64,000 nucleotides of DNA from the human T2T-CHM13v2.0 reference genome, Homo sapiens (GCF_009914755.1 NC_060935.1), one strand, 5' to 3'. Positions 41,451 to 55,489 are shown, counted from the stretch's first letter. Notes: a model not told the origin generated them from the letters alone. Translations and numbers: made by a program.

Positions 41451-41714
41451 CCTGTCCTCAGAATGAGCTGGAGTTGGGGCTTCAGGTTTGGGAGAGCCTC
41501 CTCACGGCTTCCCTTTTGCACCTCCCCTGGGGAAGTCGGGGTATGGAGGGGAGGGGCGCCCAGAGTCCATTTCCTGTGTGCCGGTTTAATATTCACTCAG
41601 AGGTGTGGAGTTGGGTTAGCCGCAGCTCACCTCGGGGGCCAGCCACTCTGACCACAGCCTGGAGCCACTGGCTCAAGCTATTCTCAGACCCTTCCCTTCT
41701 GTGACCCTCTTCCT

Positions 41715-41775
41715 TCCCCGATTGCCCCCTCCCAGGCTGTCCCTCCCCGATTGCCCCCTCCCAGGCTGTCCCTCC
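41715..41775. repeat. Perfect 29-bp tandem duplication
   Basis: tccccgattgccccctcccaggctgtccc x2. Confidence 0.92.
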
Positions 41776-41964
41776 AGGCCTCCCGAGAGGCTGGCAGTGG
41801 CTCCACTTGCTGCTTTTGCCACTTGCTCCAGGCATTAACTGGAACACAGATCCCTGGCTCCTACTGCCCTCAACTCCAATGCTGGAGTAACTCAAAGGTA
41901 GAATGACCATACTGCTACCTACCTGCGGGGACAGCCTTGGTTTAAACCCGATGTTCCAGTGTGG

Positions 41965-42270
41965 TTTTTGTTTTGTTTTGTCTTGTTTTTGAGACAGGGT
42001 CTCATTCTGTTGCCCAGGCTGAGCACAGTGGTGATCATGGCTCACTGCAGCCTCAGCCTCCTGGGCTCAAGCAATCCTCCCACCTTAGCCTCCTGAGTAG
42101 CAGGGACTACAGGTGCACGTCACAACTGGTTAGTTTTTTTTTTTGTTTTTTGTAGAGATAGAGTCTCACTGTGTTGCCCAGAATGATCTCTAATTCCTGG
42201 ATGCCAGTGATCCTCCCACCTCGGCCTCCTAAAGTGCTGGGATTACAGGCATGAGCCACTGCGCTCAGCC
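41965..42270 (-). mobile_element. AluJ
   Basis: Reverse-orientation Alu with a (TTTTG)n tail. Confidence 0.9.
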
Positions 42271-42824
42271 CTGGTGTGATTATTGAGTGCCAAATTTCAT
42301 TCTCAAAAGTATCCTGGTTTGTAAGATACTGTAAATTTCATTAACCCCTTACCTAAAGATAGAATTGTCACGCCTCCTGGGGTGAGCAGCACTCCAGCGG
42401 TCACTGAAGCCGTGGTCCAGACTGCAGGAAGGCTTCACATCCACCTTCCTCAGCAGACAGGTTTCATTCTGTTCTGTTCATACCTCAGCAGGAAAGGGCA
42501 TTGCCACCTCTCACGGGTCTGGTGGCCCTCCATTGAGCATGGATAAGATGCCTCCTCTTCCATCTCGCCCATCCTCAGTGCAGGGGGTCTGGGCCTCTCC
42601 CCTCTACAATTCGATGTAAGGCAAAGGTGACATTCCTCTGTAGCCCTTGCCACCCTCAGCCTTTTCCTCCCCGGGTGAAAAATCCCAACCCCTTAACGTT
42701 TCATTCCCTCCCACCTCCTTCAGTGCCCAAGCCGCTCTGCTCCTTAAGATCACAAACCACGCACAAACCACATCTTTTCCTCTTTACATAGCTAGTGCCT
42801 GGCAGAGGAGGTGCTCACTAAATC

Positions 42825-43102
42825 TTTTTTTTTTTTTTTTTTGTGAGATGGAGTCTTGCTCTGTCACCCAGGTTAGAGTGCAGCCTCCACCTCCTGGGTT
42901 CCAGCGATTATCCTGCCTCAGTCTCCCAGGTAGCTGGGATAACAACTGCCTGCCACCATGCCCAACTAATTTTTGTATTTTTAGTAGAGATGGGGTTTCA
43001 CCATGTTGGTCAGGCTGGTCTCGAACTCCTGACTTCAGGTAATCTGCCTGCCTCGGCCTCCCCAAGTACTAGGATTACAGGTGTGAGCCACCGCATCCAG
43101 CC
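42825..43102 (-). mobile_element. AluS with a small internal deletion
   Basis: Reverse-orientation Alu. Confidence 0.9.
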
Positions 43103-43122
43103 TAGTTCATTCTTTTCAATAA

Positions 43123-43415
43123 TTTTTCCTTTTTTTTTTTTTTTTTTTTTTTGTGACAGGGCCTCACTCTGTTGTCCAGGCTGGAGTGCAGCAGCATAAT
43201 CTGGGCTCACTGAAGTCTTAAACTCGTAGGTTCAAGTGATCCTCCCATCTCAGCCTCCCAAGTAGCTGGAACTACAGGTGCATGCCATCACACCCAGCTA
43301 ATTTTTTTTAATAGGAAAGATGAGGTCTCACTACGTGGCCCAGGCTGGTATCAAACTCTTGGGCTCAAGCAATCCACCTGCCTCGGTGTCACACCTGGAA
43401 TTACAGGTGTGAGCC
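43123..43415 (-). mobile_element. AluJ
   Basis: Reverse-orientation Alu, in tandem with the previous one. Confidence 0.88.
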
Positions 43416-44264
43416 TTACAGGTGAGAGCTTCAGTGGGTTCAAGGGCCCTAAGAATCTCTAGCCTAGAAAATAAGGTTCTTCCTTTCTCTTTTTAATAAC
43501 TTTCTTGAGAATTCACAGTACCATACAATTCACACATTTAAAGCATGCAATTCAATGGTTACCTTGCCAGGCTTGATAGATAATTTTTGGATGAATGAGG
43601 CACTGGCAAAATGAAGCTGAGGCTGCTATCACGTTGCATGGGGCCGAGGGCACCGCAGAGCCTGGGCCCCCAGGTGTGGGCAGCTCCTGAGAGCACCCTC
43701 TCCGGAAGAGTAGGACTGAGAGGGCCGGCCCCACTGAAATGCACGCCCGTGGATGCAGCAAGAGGTCGGCCGGGCAGGGGGAAAGGGCATCCCCTTCCAT
43801 TCCAGGAGCTGCTCTTCTCGTAGGTCACACCCAGGGCCCTTCCCCAGAACTGTACTCCTTCCAGCCAAGCCCACTTCCTCTGCTCACAAGAGAAAGGAAA
43901 ACTCTTTTGCTGGATGCAGAGGTGTACAATGAAGAAGGGGCCGCCTGAGGCTTTGTATCCAGGGCCCTTTTATTTTGTTCTTTTGGTCAGTATTTACTAC
44001 CCATTTGACAAGCATGTCCCAAGCATTTCCTATGTACCAGGCCTGTGCTGGACACTGGGGATGAAACTGAGAACAAGCCATCCAGGTGCCTCTGCCCTGC
44101 AGGGCTGTCTTTAATCTTCATGTCCAAAGCTGGCTCCAGGGGCTGCACTTAGAATAAAATAAGACAGTGATTTCTGGGTTCCTGCAGTTTCTGGGTTTCT
44201 GGATATCTCCGTGTGAACGGCCACCTTTATGTAAGCGTCATAAAGAGTATCTGCTTGACATGAG

Positions 44265-44505
44265 AACTTTTGGAGTGAGATGAACCATTTTCGAATCTCA
44301 GTTCTGTTTCTCCTTGGTTGAGTTACACTTGATCTTAGCCAAAAGGCGGAGAAGTGATCCCCTTGGTTGAGTTATTTAATCTCCGGCTCATGTGTGAATT
44401 GTAGACAATCCCATCCACCTTGCAGAATTATTTGGAGGGTCCGATGGGTAACGGCTGCAAGATAAGTGTCCAGTACGTGGGGACACTCAGTAAACGGGGT
44501 GACGA
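44265..44505 (+). mobile_element. MIR hosting the U2 fragment
   Basis: ttcgaatctcagttctg...ccttggttgagttatttaatctc...ccaccttgcagaattatttggagg...cactcagtaaac. Confidence 0.6.
44324..44358 (-). pseudogene. 3'-truncated (tailless) U2 snRNA retrocopy, U2 nt 1-35
   Basis: Reverse complement ATCACTTCTCCGCCTTTTGGCTAAGATCAAGTGTA vs U2 ATCGCTTCTCGGCCTTTTGGCTAAGATCAAGTGTA (33/35). Flanked by the direct repeat ccttggttgagtta (44312-44325 and 44361-44374). Confidence 0.92.
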
Positions 44506-44599
44506 TTACCCCTGAGCACTGGGGTTTCAAATCCCAGCTGAAGATTCTGTTGGAGTTGGCATGACCTTGTGTTGCAAGACTGTGGCTCCTAAAATTGAC

Positions 44600-44750
44600 T
44601 GGTTTTAAGAATCACTGTGAGAGCTTTTTAGAATTACAAATTTTCGAGCCCGAAACCAAACCGACTGAACCGGAAGCGGCAGGGATGGGCCTGGAAATGT
44701 GCATTCTCAGAGGTCTCCAAGTGTGCGATCCACAGTGCTAAGCAGCGCCT
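44600..44750. mobile_element. MER5-like fragment
   Basis: agaatcactgtgagagctt...gggcctggaaatgtgcattctc. Confidence 0.5.
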
Positions 44751-45560
44751 CTCAAATCCAGCCCACCCATTTATTTTCCAAAACTCCTGGGAGAGACGAC
44801 AGAGGGACAGAGGCGCAGGGCTCTGTGGAAGCCAGGCCTGCACCCCTCCCCCAGGCGGCCTCCTCTCCACTCTGGGACCAGCCCTGCCTTCCCCCAGGCT
44901 GCGGTGGGTCCCGTCGGAGCACAGCGGCTGCTCATAAAGCTCCCGATGAAAGGCACGCTGGACAGGAGAGGTCAAGGTTCACACAAGCAGCTCCGCCTTC
45001 TGTTTCATTTACAAGTGGCAGTCACCTCATTAAACCCGGTCCCCCTCCACCCCTACCCCACCCTCACCCCCAGCCCACCGCACGCATCCCCACACCCGGT
45101 CCCTCCCGCTCAGCCCTGGCCGGCACAGAGAGGCTGGGTTGGAGATCGAGTGGTCCAGAGATGGGCAGGTGACCTGCTGGACACGCCCACCCATACCCCA
45201 GACTTGCCTAGTGCCTAATGTATGGAATGCACTCAACACGTGTTTGTTAAACTTGGTGTTTATAAATGCATAAAAGTGGCATTTTGTGAAGTTGCTGCAG
45301 CACAACTTGGACTTGGAAAGCAGTGCTGATCCCTTCAGAGTCCTGGGGAGGAGAAAAGGCAGCGATTGCTGTGCGCCCCCGGCTGACTTTTCACCTCTCC
45401 TAGCCTCTGTTTCCTCCTCTATGAAGGGGTTACCGAGGTGATTAAATGGAGCAGGCCACACGAAAGAGCCTAGCTAACGACTGGAACATTGCAGCTGTGC
45501 GGTTGGTGTTCCTGAACCCACAGAGGGCAATGGAGACACAACGTCACACAGAGTTAACTC

Positions 45561-45718
45561 TGCCCAGGCACAGTGGCTCACGCCTGTAGTCCCAGCTACT
45601 TCAAAGGCTGAGGAGGCAGGGCAGCTTGAGCCCAGGAGGTTGAGGCTGCAGTGGACCATGACTGTGCCACTGCATTCCAGCCTGGGTGACACGAGGAGAC
45701 CCTGTCTTAAAAAAAAAC
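45561..45718 (+). mobile_element. Free Alu monomer (FRAM/FAM-like)
   Basis: Single right-arm-type monomer with A-tail. TSD acagagttaact at 45548-45559 and 45724-45735. Confidence 0.82.
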
Positions 45719-47320
45719 ATTAAACAGAGTTAACTTCAATTATGATGACAGCATGGAGGCTGGCAGGCATGGGGGCTGTTAGACCACACAGAAGGACCTG
45801 AGGTCCTCAGCAGGGTTTACAGGTGGCTCCTGGGGAGATGGGAACCTGTAAGCCTGGACCTGAAGCAGGGGCTTTAGCCAGCCAGGCCCAGGGGCCTGAT
45901 GGAGCAGAGAGAAGCCGCTCACCAGGCCTCGAGTGGAAGGGGCGCGCCTGCACATCTGAAGCCTGGGGAGAAGCAGGCCTGGTGACTCGGTGCGTGTCCA
46001 GCAAGGGAAGGGAGCCAGGCGAGGCCAGGGAGTGGACAGCTGGACGCCTGCTGGACCTCCCCCAAGGAAGGCTTCCGGGCTCCGGCTGAGGGATCATGAA
46101 GTGCTGAGGTGCCTTAAGCCCAGGGGCCCATGACTAGAGTCGCCCCTACCATTTCATTTTAGTCTTCACGCCAGTTTATGAGCTACTGAAGGGTCCCAAC
46201 TTTGTCACCTTAGGATCATTCCCCAGGGTCCCAGGTACACCCCATTCCCCTGCAACAGGAGAGGCCTGCCTCGCCCCTCTTGGACTCAGCGCAGCGCTGG
46301 TGCCCATCTCTGAGTGGTGGAGGCTCCAGCATTTCTATACAGCAGGGGCCTGGGGAGGCTGCAAGGGAGGTATAGAGGGGACCGGTCATCAAACATTTGC
46401 AGAGCAGGCTCAGTTTGTTTGTTTGAGAGAGGAGCTGGTGGAGACCATCCGAGGCTGAAGTCCACTACGGCCCCACAGAGCCCCAGCTGCAGGAAGCCAG
46501 AGAAAAGAGCGCCATTCCTGCCTCCGTCTCTGTGAAGGGCGTCCCGGGCTGGGACTGGGTGAGGTGAAGGAGGTTCCTCACTTCCCTGACCAAGGCCCTG
46601 CCCGTAGCTCTCACCACCCTCTCCTCGCCTCTGCCCATCCCTCCTTGCCCTCCCACACAGGTCTTGTGGGGGCTCAGGCACCCTCATCAGCACCCCTGCA
46701 TCATGGGGCCACTGCTGGGCCTCCCCTAAGAGGGGCTCTCCCCAGTGAAAAGGAGGCTGAAGAGAGGATGGCGCCGAAGCTGCCACCCAGAGGAGAGAAG
46801 GGACATTAACACAGAAGGAGAGACTGGAGAGAGAAAATAAGAGACAGAAAATGAGAGGCAGGGAGCGAGGCAGGTGCGAGGGGACGAGAGTGCAATCTTA
46901 ACAGAAGGGGAAGGCACTAACCAGGGACCACATGCTGGGGCACAGAGGGATGAATATGTATAAACACTGAGAGTCAGACAGGGACAGAGACTGTGGCAGG
47001 GACCACAACAGAGGCTGGCAGATGATGGGCGGCCTGTCATCTTTTGGAGCCAGGCCCTGTTAGGAGAATTCTTGGCCTCAGTTGATGCTGGGGGCAGGAT
47101 GGAGTGTGCCTTCCCCTCCAATTTTTCCAGCTGGAACCCTACATGCAGCTCCAAGCTTTCCCCATCCTTTCTGAGGTTCCGGCTGCAAAGACTCCCAGGA
47201 CAGGCCAGCCGGGTCGCTGGGCCTGAGAGTGGCCCACCCAGGGCCCACCTTGGGCAGGTGGGGGAGACCGTGGGCTTCCAGGAACAAGGAGCCCCCAACA
47301 AGTACAAGAAGGACCCTAAG

Positions 47321-47796
<476 letters not shown>

Positions 47797-50618
47797 TCAC
47801 CGGCTGAGAGGATTATCAGGACGGCGCAGGCCTCCAGGTGTGCCACGGCCCTGACTCCGCAACAGCTCTGTGCTACCTACCTCCCCCTCCCTGGGCTTTC
47901 TGACCTCTGCCGTCTCGTGCTCCCCTCCCCTATGGGTCAGGATCCAAGCTCCCCAAGTTTGCTACTTCTCCAGCCATGTCGCTCCCTGCCACAAGCTCTA
48001 CACTGCAGTAACACACCACACTGCTTGCAGACACATCTAGAAACCACAGCACTCCTTCCTCTGGAATGCCCCTCCCTTCTCTCCTCCTGAAAGCTCTCAG
48101 GTCCCCAGGAAGGCCCCCTCCCCACCCAGGCTGCATCGGCATTTTGCTAGTGATCTCCGGATGCCTGGGTGCCTCTCCTGCAATCTCTCTGAAACATGTC
48201 AGGTGCTCCAGGACAGGGCTACAGCTGCATCTCGACACCCACTACGGCCAACACACAGCCCGGGCCCCTAGGTGATGGGTGGACAAATGAGATGCGGTCA
48301 GGATTATAAGCCACACTTCGCCTGACTGGTTCTCCACTTCCTTTTTGTCTTTCCACCTAGATGGCAGGTGCACTGTGTGCAGAAACTGTATCTTCTGCTT
48401 CCTTGCCCTCTCCCTAGTTTCAGACAATGTTGTGCATGACAGACACTTGCTGACAGGAAGAGGGGTCAGAGTCTTGCGTGTTCCAAGGGATCCACCTGAA
48501 TTCTTCAAGGACCCTGCGTTCCGGGCACCAGGGACAAAGCCAGGTCCATGTGTGGTTTCTCTCTTTTCTAGGGCCTGCAAGTTGGAGAGATGCCCTCCCC
48601 TCCCCCATAGAATCCCAAACCCTGGTCTGGGGCTCATTCAGGTGGATTTCGGGACAGGCCAGAGGGAAGGGACAGCAACGGAGAGCTGGGGACGGGGGCG
48701 CTTTTCCTCGGAAAATAATGAGGCAATTAGAGGAGGCCGAGAGCAGTTCCAGATGTGGCGGCTGACTGCTGAGATAGTGACGTGTACTTCTAACATGTCA
48801 GCACGCTGGGGACTGAGGCTGTCTGCAGCTGCTCCAGCTGTCACCTGGCCCCACTGTGCTGCTGCGGTTACCTGGCCTAATGGTTTTGGAATGAGCTGGG
48901 CTGGGGCCCACGGCCTAGAACCCTGGTCCCCAAAACTTCTTGCCAGAAAGAAACTCAACCTCAGTAAAAGCCCCATCTGCTGAGGGCCGTCAAGACATTC
49001 ACCGTCACCTGCCTCGCCTTGAAGTTCGATCCCCTCCAGGACAAGCTTTCAGGGGAAGCTCGGAGCCTGGCCCCGAGCAAGCGCTGGGGACAGAACACAG
49101 TGTGGTTGGATGTGGCCCTAGGCCCAGAGTTGCCTAAAGTCCAGGCATGGGAGACAGGACAGGGACAAAGCCCCTCCGACAGGAAGCAGCCAGTGGCTGG
49201 CACTGATCAGGTGCACACAAAGGTGTCTGTGTTCCTGTCTGGCCCCTCCCCAGCAGGCCCTGGACCCTGCCCTCTCCATCCCATCTTTCCCAGGCGTCCT
49301 GAGCTGCCTGGCCTTTTGAGCGATTACTGGCACAGGATACCAGCACTGACAGCTCTTGTCACAGTCCCCCAGGCCTCATTCATGCTGGAGAGGCGAGGAC
49401 AGCTTAATTCCCAAACTCAGACACAGGATTGCCTGCCAGATAGGGCATGGGGCTGCCACTGACCCCCACCCCTCCCTCCCTAGGAGGTGGGCACCTGGGA
49501 ACAAAGCCTCTGGTGTCCCCTCTGCTCTCCTCCCTCCTCTGACCTCCCCTTCCCCTCTTTCTGCATCAAACAGCAGGTGCTGATGGCAGCTAAATTGTCC
49601 AGGGATGAGTGATGCTGGGTGCTTAGGAGGATGAGAAGGAAAGAGCTTTGGACATGACAACCTCAACCCTTCCCCACTCCAGCCCCCATTTGGGGACAGG
49701 GAAAGGAATTGATGTCAGATGTAGGGGGTTCCCTTAGCCCCAGTATTCTGAGCTTCTGGCCCCCACACCAGGAACCAAGGAGCACTGGCTTCATGCCAAC
49801 ACCTTCAAACCACCCCACACTCCGTGTGGAACCCGAGGCCCTTCAGGAGCTGTCAGACAGCCCCAGGGAGCTGCTGGCCATGCTGTGTTCTCCTGGCATC
49901 TTCCCACTCCCAGGCCAGCCACCTTGGCTGGGGGTATCTGCCATGACCTTCACTCCCTGAGCCCTTGGTCTTCACATCCATGGTGGACAATCCCAGATGG
50001 GGGTTCCCCAAGTCCCGCCCAGTTTGGGAAACAACTGTGCCCCCTCCCATTTCCAAGGCCATCTCCTAAGCTAGCCTGGGGGCTCCTCACATGTGCTCCT
50101 GAGGTTCTAACAACCACTTGGGCATGGCCTGCCCTCTCCGGAGTCAAAGCCACTAATTCAGCTTGGAATGCCCTTCTCCATATGCAGTGTGGAGGAACTG
50201 ACCCCCTTTTTCTGCTTTTCCTTTCCTAGTTCTCCCCCAAACTGCAGTCAGAATAGCAGAGTTAGGGCTGTTCTTCATTCCCATTAGAACTCTAGAAAAA
50301 CAGACTAATGGCCCCAAAGAGCGTAACCGCATGACCCTCCTCCTCTAGAGAAAGTGCTAGAAATCTAATCGGGCAGCAACATAGTACCGTGGGTAAGTCC
50401 GTGCGTCCAGGCCTGTTTCCTGGCTTTCCAGGTGCATGCCCTCAGGCAGTCTGCCCAAGCTGATTTCCTCATCTCTGAAATATCTCCTTCGTGGAAGCAC
50501 TGCGGGATTCAATGAGCTCACACGGCACAGCCCCAGCACCGTGCCTGGCTCGCGGCAAGTGTCCGATAGAAGCCAGCCTCTGCTGCTGTGACCACCTTCC
50601 CCAGCAGTGGCTGGTGTG

Positions 50619-50991
50619 TGCTATGGGCTGACTGTCTCTCCCAAATTCCTGTGTTGAAGACTCAACCCCAGTACCTCAGAATGTGACGACCCTTGGAGAT
50701 AAGCCTTTAAGGGGGTGAGTCCATTGAAATGGAGCCTCGAGGACGTGCCCTCACCCACTCTGACCAGTGTCCCTGTAAGAAGAGGCAATCAGATCACAGG
50801 CCCACACCGAGGAGAAGCTGTGTGAGCGCACACAGAGAAGGCAGCCATCAGCAACAGAGAGGCCTCCAGAGAAACCAAGCCTGCCAACACCTGGATCTTG
50901 GACTTCCAGCCTCCAGAACCATGAGCAAATGAATTTCTATTGTCTAAGCCACCCAGGCTGTGATATTTCGTTACGGTAGCCCCAGCAAACT
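50619..50991 (+). mobile_element. MLT1B-like MaLR LTR
   Basis: tgctatgggctga...ccccagtacctcagaatgtgac...gatcttggacttccagcctccagaac...taagccaccca. Confidence 0.85.
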
Positions 50992-51599
50992 GTGATATTT
51001 TGTTATGGCAAGCTGCAGTGTGACCAGTCACTGCCTGGGATGCCAGGCCCGTCCTTCCCAGCCCAGGCACCGTGCAGGATGCCAGGCCCCAGAAAGGACG
51101 GGAAGGCCCCGGGCAGGATAGTAAAAGGCCCGATGTCCAGGTCCCTTCTGGGAGGTTTCACTTCCAAGTACAGTCTGGATTCTAAACTGGATCTTAACAT
51201 TGAGTTTCTACACTGCCCTTCTCTGAGATGCTGAATTTGTGGGTTCCAGTAAGGGATTAGGGATGTTGTGTCTTCTCCCGAATAAGTAATCTTGGCATAA
51301 CCAGACTCAGGGTCTTGAAACTAGAAAGGATCTCAGAGATTGTCTTATCTAGAGACTGAGATCATCAACTTTGTCTCAACTGCCCATTTTACAGGTGAGG
51401 AAACTGAGGTCTGGAAAGATGGTGACACAGCTAGCTAGCGGCAGAATTTAAAAAGAACCCAGTTGCCTTGTCTTTCCATTAGGAGACCTGCCTTCCTGCT
51501 CCAAGTGTACACTCGCTCATCCCTGGCTGGGATCTGGGAAGGCTGGAGAGAGGAGAATCGGGACTTCTCTTTTGGTCTCTCAGCACCTGGTTCACTGGA

Positions 51600-51785
51600 G
51601 AAACACAGGTTAAGAGTGGGGCTCCCAAGTTAGACGGATGGGTCAAAACCTAGTTCTGCTGTGTACAGATGTGGCCTCGGGAAATCAGTGGACCACTCTG
51701 GGCTTCATGTTTATCATCTGTAAAATGGAAATAAAAACAAGGAAGAATAGTATATCCCTCACAAGGCTATTATTGGGAGCTTTTA
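51600..51785 (+). mobile_element. MIR
   Basis: ggttaagagtg...gggtcaaaacctagttctgc...tcatctgtaaaatggaaata. Confidence 0.65.
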
Positions 51786-53821
51786 AACCTAACAGGCTCC
51801 ACATAGGCCACAAAAGTCGAATGCAGAAATTACCACGAGTGTTGGCTTTCGGGGGTCCGTGTGGGAGTAGGGAAAGGAAGAGTGAGTCTCAGCTGTGATC
51901 ACAGGCCCTCTAAGCCTCTTGCTTGCCTTCTCTCGTGGAATTTTCTTTCCTAGGCTGGAGAAGTAGGGTGACAAGGGAAATCTGGCTTATAACTCCAGAA
52001 AATAAACCCAAGGATACTTCTGGAAAATCCTGTAACTTTAGGCAGGAAAAAGGCCAGACTCCCCGGCAGGGCCAGGACGGGCTGGCAGCCTTTCAGACAC
52101 GGCTTGAAGGAGGCCCTGGTGTGAGACAGAGGCTCGGAGGACCGCACAGAGCCCAGGGCACAGTGGCTCGCTCCCTCCCTGTCCTCCTGCCACCTTCCAG
52201 CTCCCACCCTCTCTTTTCCTCTGTCTTCTTTCCCATGAAGGTGGCACCTTCAGTGGCCAGTGAGTCCCTGGCAGCTGTGAGTGAGTGAGACCAGGCTTGG
52301 CAGCTGTCTGTTAGCAACGGAGTTGGAGCATCCCACCATGGGGGTGATGCCCACAGCCTGAGTCCCCTTCCAGCATGGGGAGCCCCTGATTCCAAGGGGG
52401 AGATTCTCGCTTGACCCTCAGAGTGGTGTTGCATGCATGAAGTGATGACCACATGCCCCTTAAAGCCAACTACAGAGAAAGTGGGTGGATGGGTCTGGCC
52501 ACCACAAGCTCCTCGGAACACAGGCTGGAGGTCTGGGATGAGGGGCCCAAGGCTGTCCACCTGGGCGGCAGGGAGGCCCGAGAGGACAAGAACCAGCCCC
52601 AGAGAACGGAGAGATGAAAGAGGTGATGAGGACAAGCTGGCGTCTTCCCGGAAACCTGGATGGGAGAGGAGACAGTGCCAGCCGCTCTCCCCGTGGGCCT
52701 CCCCCCTGCTTGCTCTCTGACCTCGCTGAGCACATCAAAGCGGGAACCCCTTCCCCCAGGCTGGCTCCCTGAATGGCCCAGGTCATCACTGGCTCCTTGA
52801 AGCTGCTGATGGACAGATGGTAATCGCTCCCAGCCTGCTGAAAGAGGACGCGGCTCCAGGTCGGAGCTGGGCCTCGGTGGGCTCCCTGCATGGGAGGCTG
52901 TCTTGGCTGCCCACTTCTCGGTCCCCCTCACTGCTCCCTGGGACAGTCTGGTTAGCTTGCCTTGGGGAAAGAGGGTGCTCGGGTAGCTCTGATGCTGGGG
53001 TTCAGAGGCCCACAGGCGCAGCAGGTGAGATGTGCAGAGACCTAAGGGGTCTGAGGACCCCTCAGTCCATGTCAGACAGGCCGTGGGAGCGGCAGAGGAT
53101 CCTGCAGGAATGGCAGGAGTGAGGCCTGCCCTGGGGAAGTTCGTCACCCAAGAACAGCAGAGGATGAAGGGAACAGCCGGGGCTGGCACTCACACACTTA
53201 CGTGTCGAAGACACATCATTGTAGAAGAGGCATCCAAGCTGTCACTCTCTTACTTTCTCTCCACTATTTAGTAAATAATGCAGGGAAATAATCCATTTAC
53301 CTGATTGTGCTTAGTGAAAATTGTACATAACTATCAATTAGTGCATCTGATCAGCAGAGATAGCAACTTATTACTACCTTAAACCAAAATTAAATCAGCA
53401 AAGAGCTAAGAATGCTTGACGTTTAGCTACACTGAACTCACGTAGTGGGTAAATGCCTGTTCCTATTAGGCTTTTGGGTAGTTGAGGACAGCTTGACTAT
53501 ATTTTCTACATTTTTATAATGAACATGTAACACTCTTCTCACTGAGTGTGTAGGGATCAAATTCTATTTCAACTTCACTCAAAGAGCCCAAAACATGACC
53601 TCCTACTACTCCACCCTACACGAGAGAACAGAAAACCCAGCGTCAGGCTAGCTAAAAAAGTAGGGGGCCGAGATTTACAACGCTGGAGTAGCCACGGTGA
53701 GGGTTATCAGGGGGTTAGAAAAAGATGGTAAGGCTCTTGTGCGGGATACTTCATACTTGATTAAATCATGTTCCCATTTTTTGTAGCAGCTTAGCCTGGA
53801 GAGGGATAAAAGCTGGAGTAC

Positions 53822-53854
53822 TGCTGCCATCCGGTGGCAACATTAGAAAATGCA
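53822..53854 (-). promoter_or_regulatory. Candidate CTCF site with upstream module
   Basis: Minus strand TGCATTTTC-taatg-TTGCCACCGGATGGCAGCA; one mismatch to CCASYAGRKGGCRS. Confidence 0.4.
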
Positions 53855-54303
53855 TTTTACTGCGTTCATATTAATACAGTAATAAAACTACATTTTACCC
53901 TATGAAATTGTCTATATTTGACCCAGTGTAACCATCAAAAATCACAACTTACAAAAAAATTACACTTGGGAAAGAACAGACTTCAACAAATGGTGCTAGG
54001 ACGGCTGGCTACCCAGTCAAAATTGGACACCATCGTTATACCACACACAGAAATGATTTAGGATTATAGACCTAAATCTAGAAAACTCTTAGACAAAAAA
54101 AACAGAAGGAAATCTCCAAGACTTTGTATTAGGTGATGGTTTCTTAGATATGACACCAAAAGCACAAGCGACAAAAGGAAAAATTGGACGACATCAAAAT
54201 CGACAACTTTCCTATTACAAATAATATAATCAAGAAAGTGAAAAGACAACACAAAGGGAAAAAATATTTGCAGACAATACCTCTAATAAGACAGTGGTAT
54301 CCA

Positions 54304-54594
<291 letters not shown>

Positions 54595-55133
54595 AGTGGA
54601 ATCCAGGATATATAAAGAACTCCTACAAATTAATAATAAAAGCAAATAACTGAATTTAAAAATGGGCAAAAGATTTGCATAGATATTTCTTTAGGATGTA
54701 TAGTCACCAAACACATGAAAAGATGCTCAGTATCATTAGCCACTAGTGAAATGCAAATCAAAACCACGGTGAGAAACCACTTCACATCCACTAGGATGGC
54801 TGTAATCAGAAAGATAGGTAATAACAAGTGCTGGTGAGAAACTGGACCCCTCATACATTGTTGCTGGGAATGTAAAATGGTGCAACCCCTTTGGAAAACA
54901 GTCTGGCAGCTCTAGAAACAGAGTTGCCATACGACCCAGCAATTCCACTCCTAGTTAGGTACCCAAGAAGTTAAAATACACATCCACATAAAAGCTTATA
55001 CATGAATGTTCAAAGCAGCGTGATTCACAATTGTCAAAAAGTGGAAACAGCCACCAACTGATGAATCGATAAACAAAATTTGGTATATCAATACAATGAA
55101 ATATTATTCAGCAATATAAATAAGTAAAATACT

Positions 55134-55489
<356 letters not shown>

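Noticed and set aside
45370-45388. CTCF-like tcagccgggggcgc on the minus strand
   Set aside because: Two mismatches at key core positions; too weak without ChIP data
52093-53189. 239-aa and 180-aa minus-strand ORFs (the 239-aa ORF is the longest in the window)
   Set aside because: Low-information composition and no domain or splice support. PhyloCSF/Ribo-seq would be needed to revive them.
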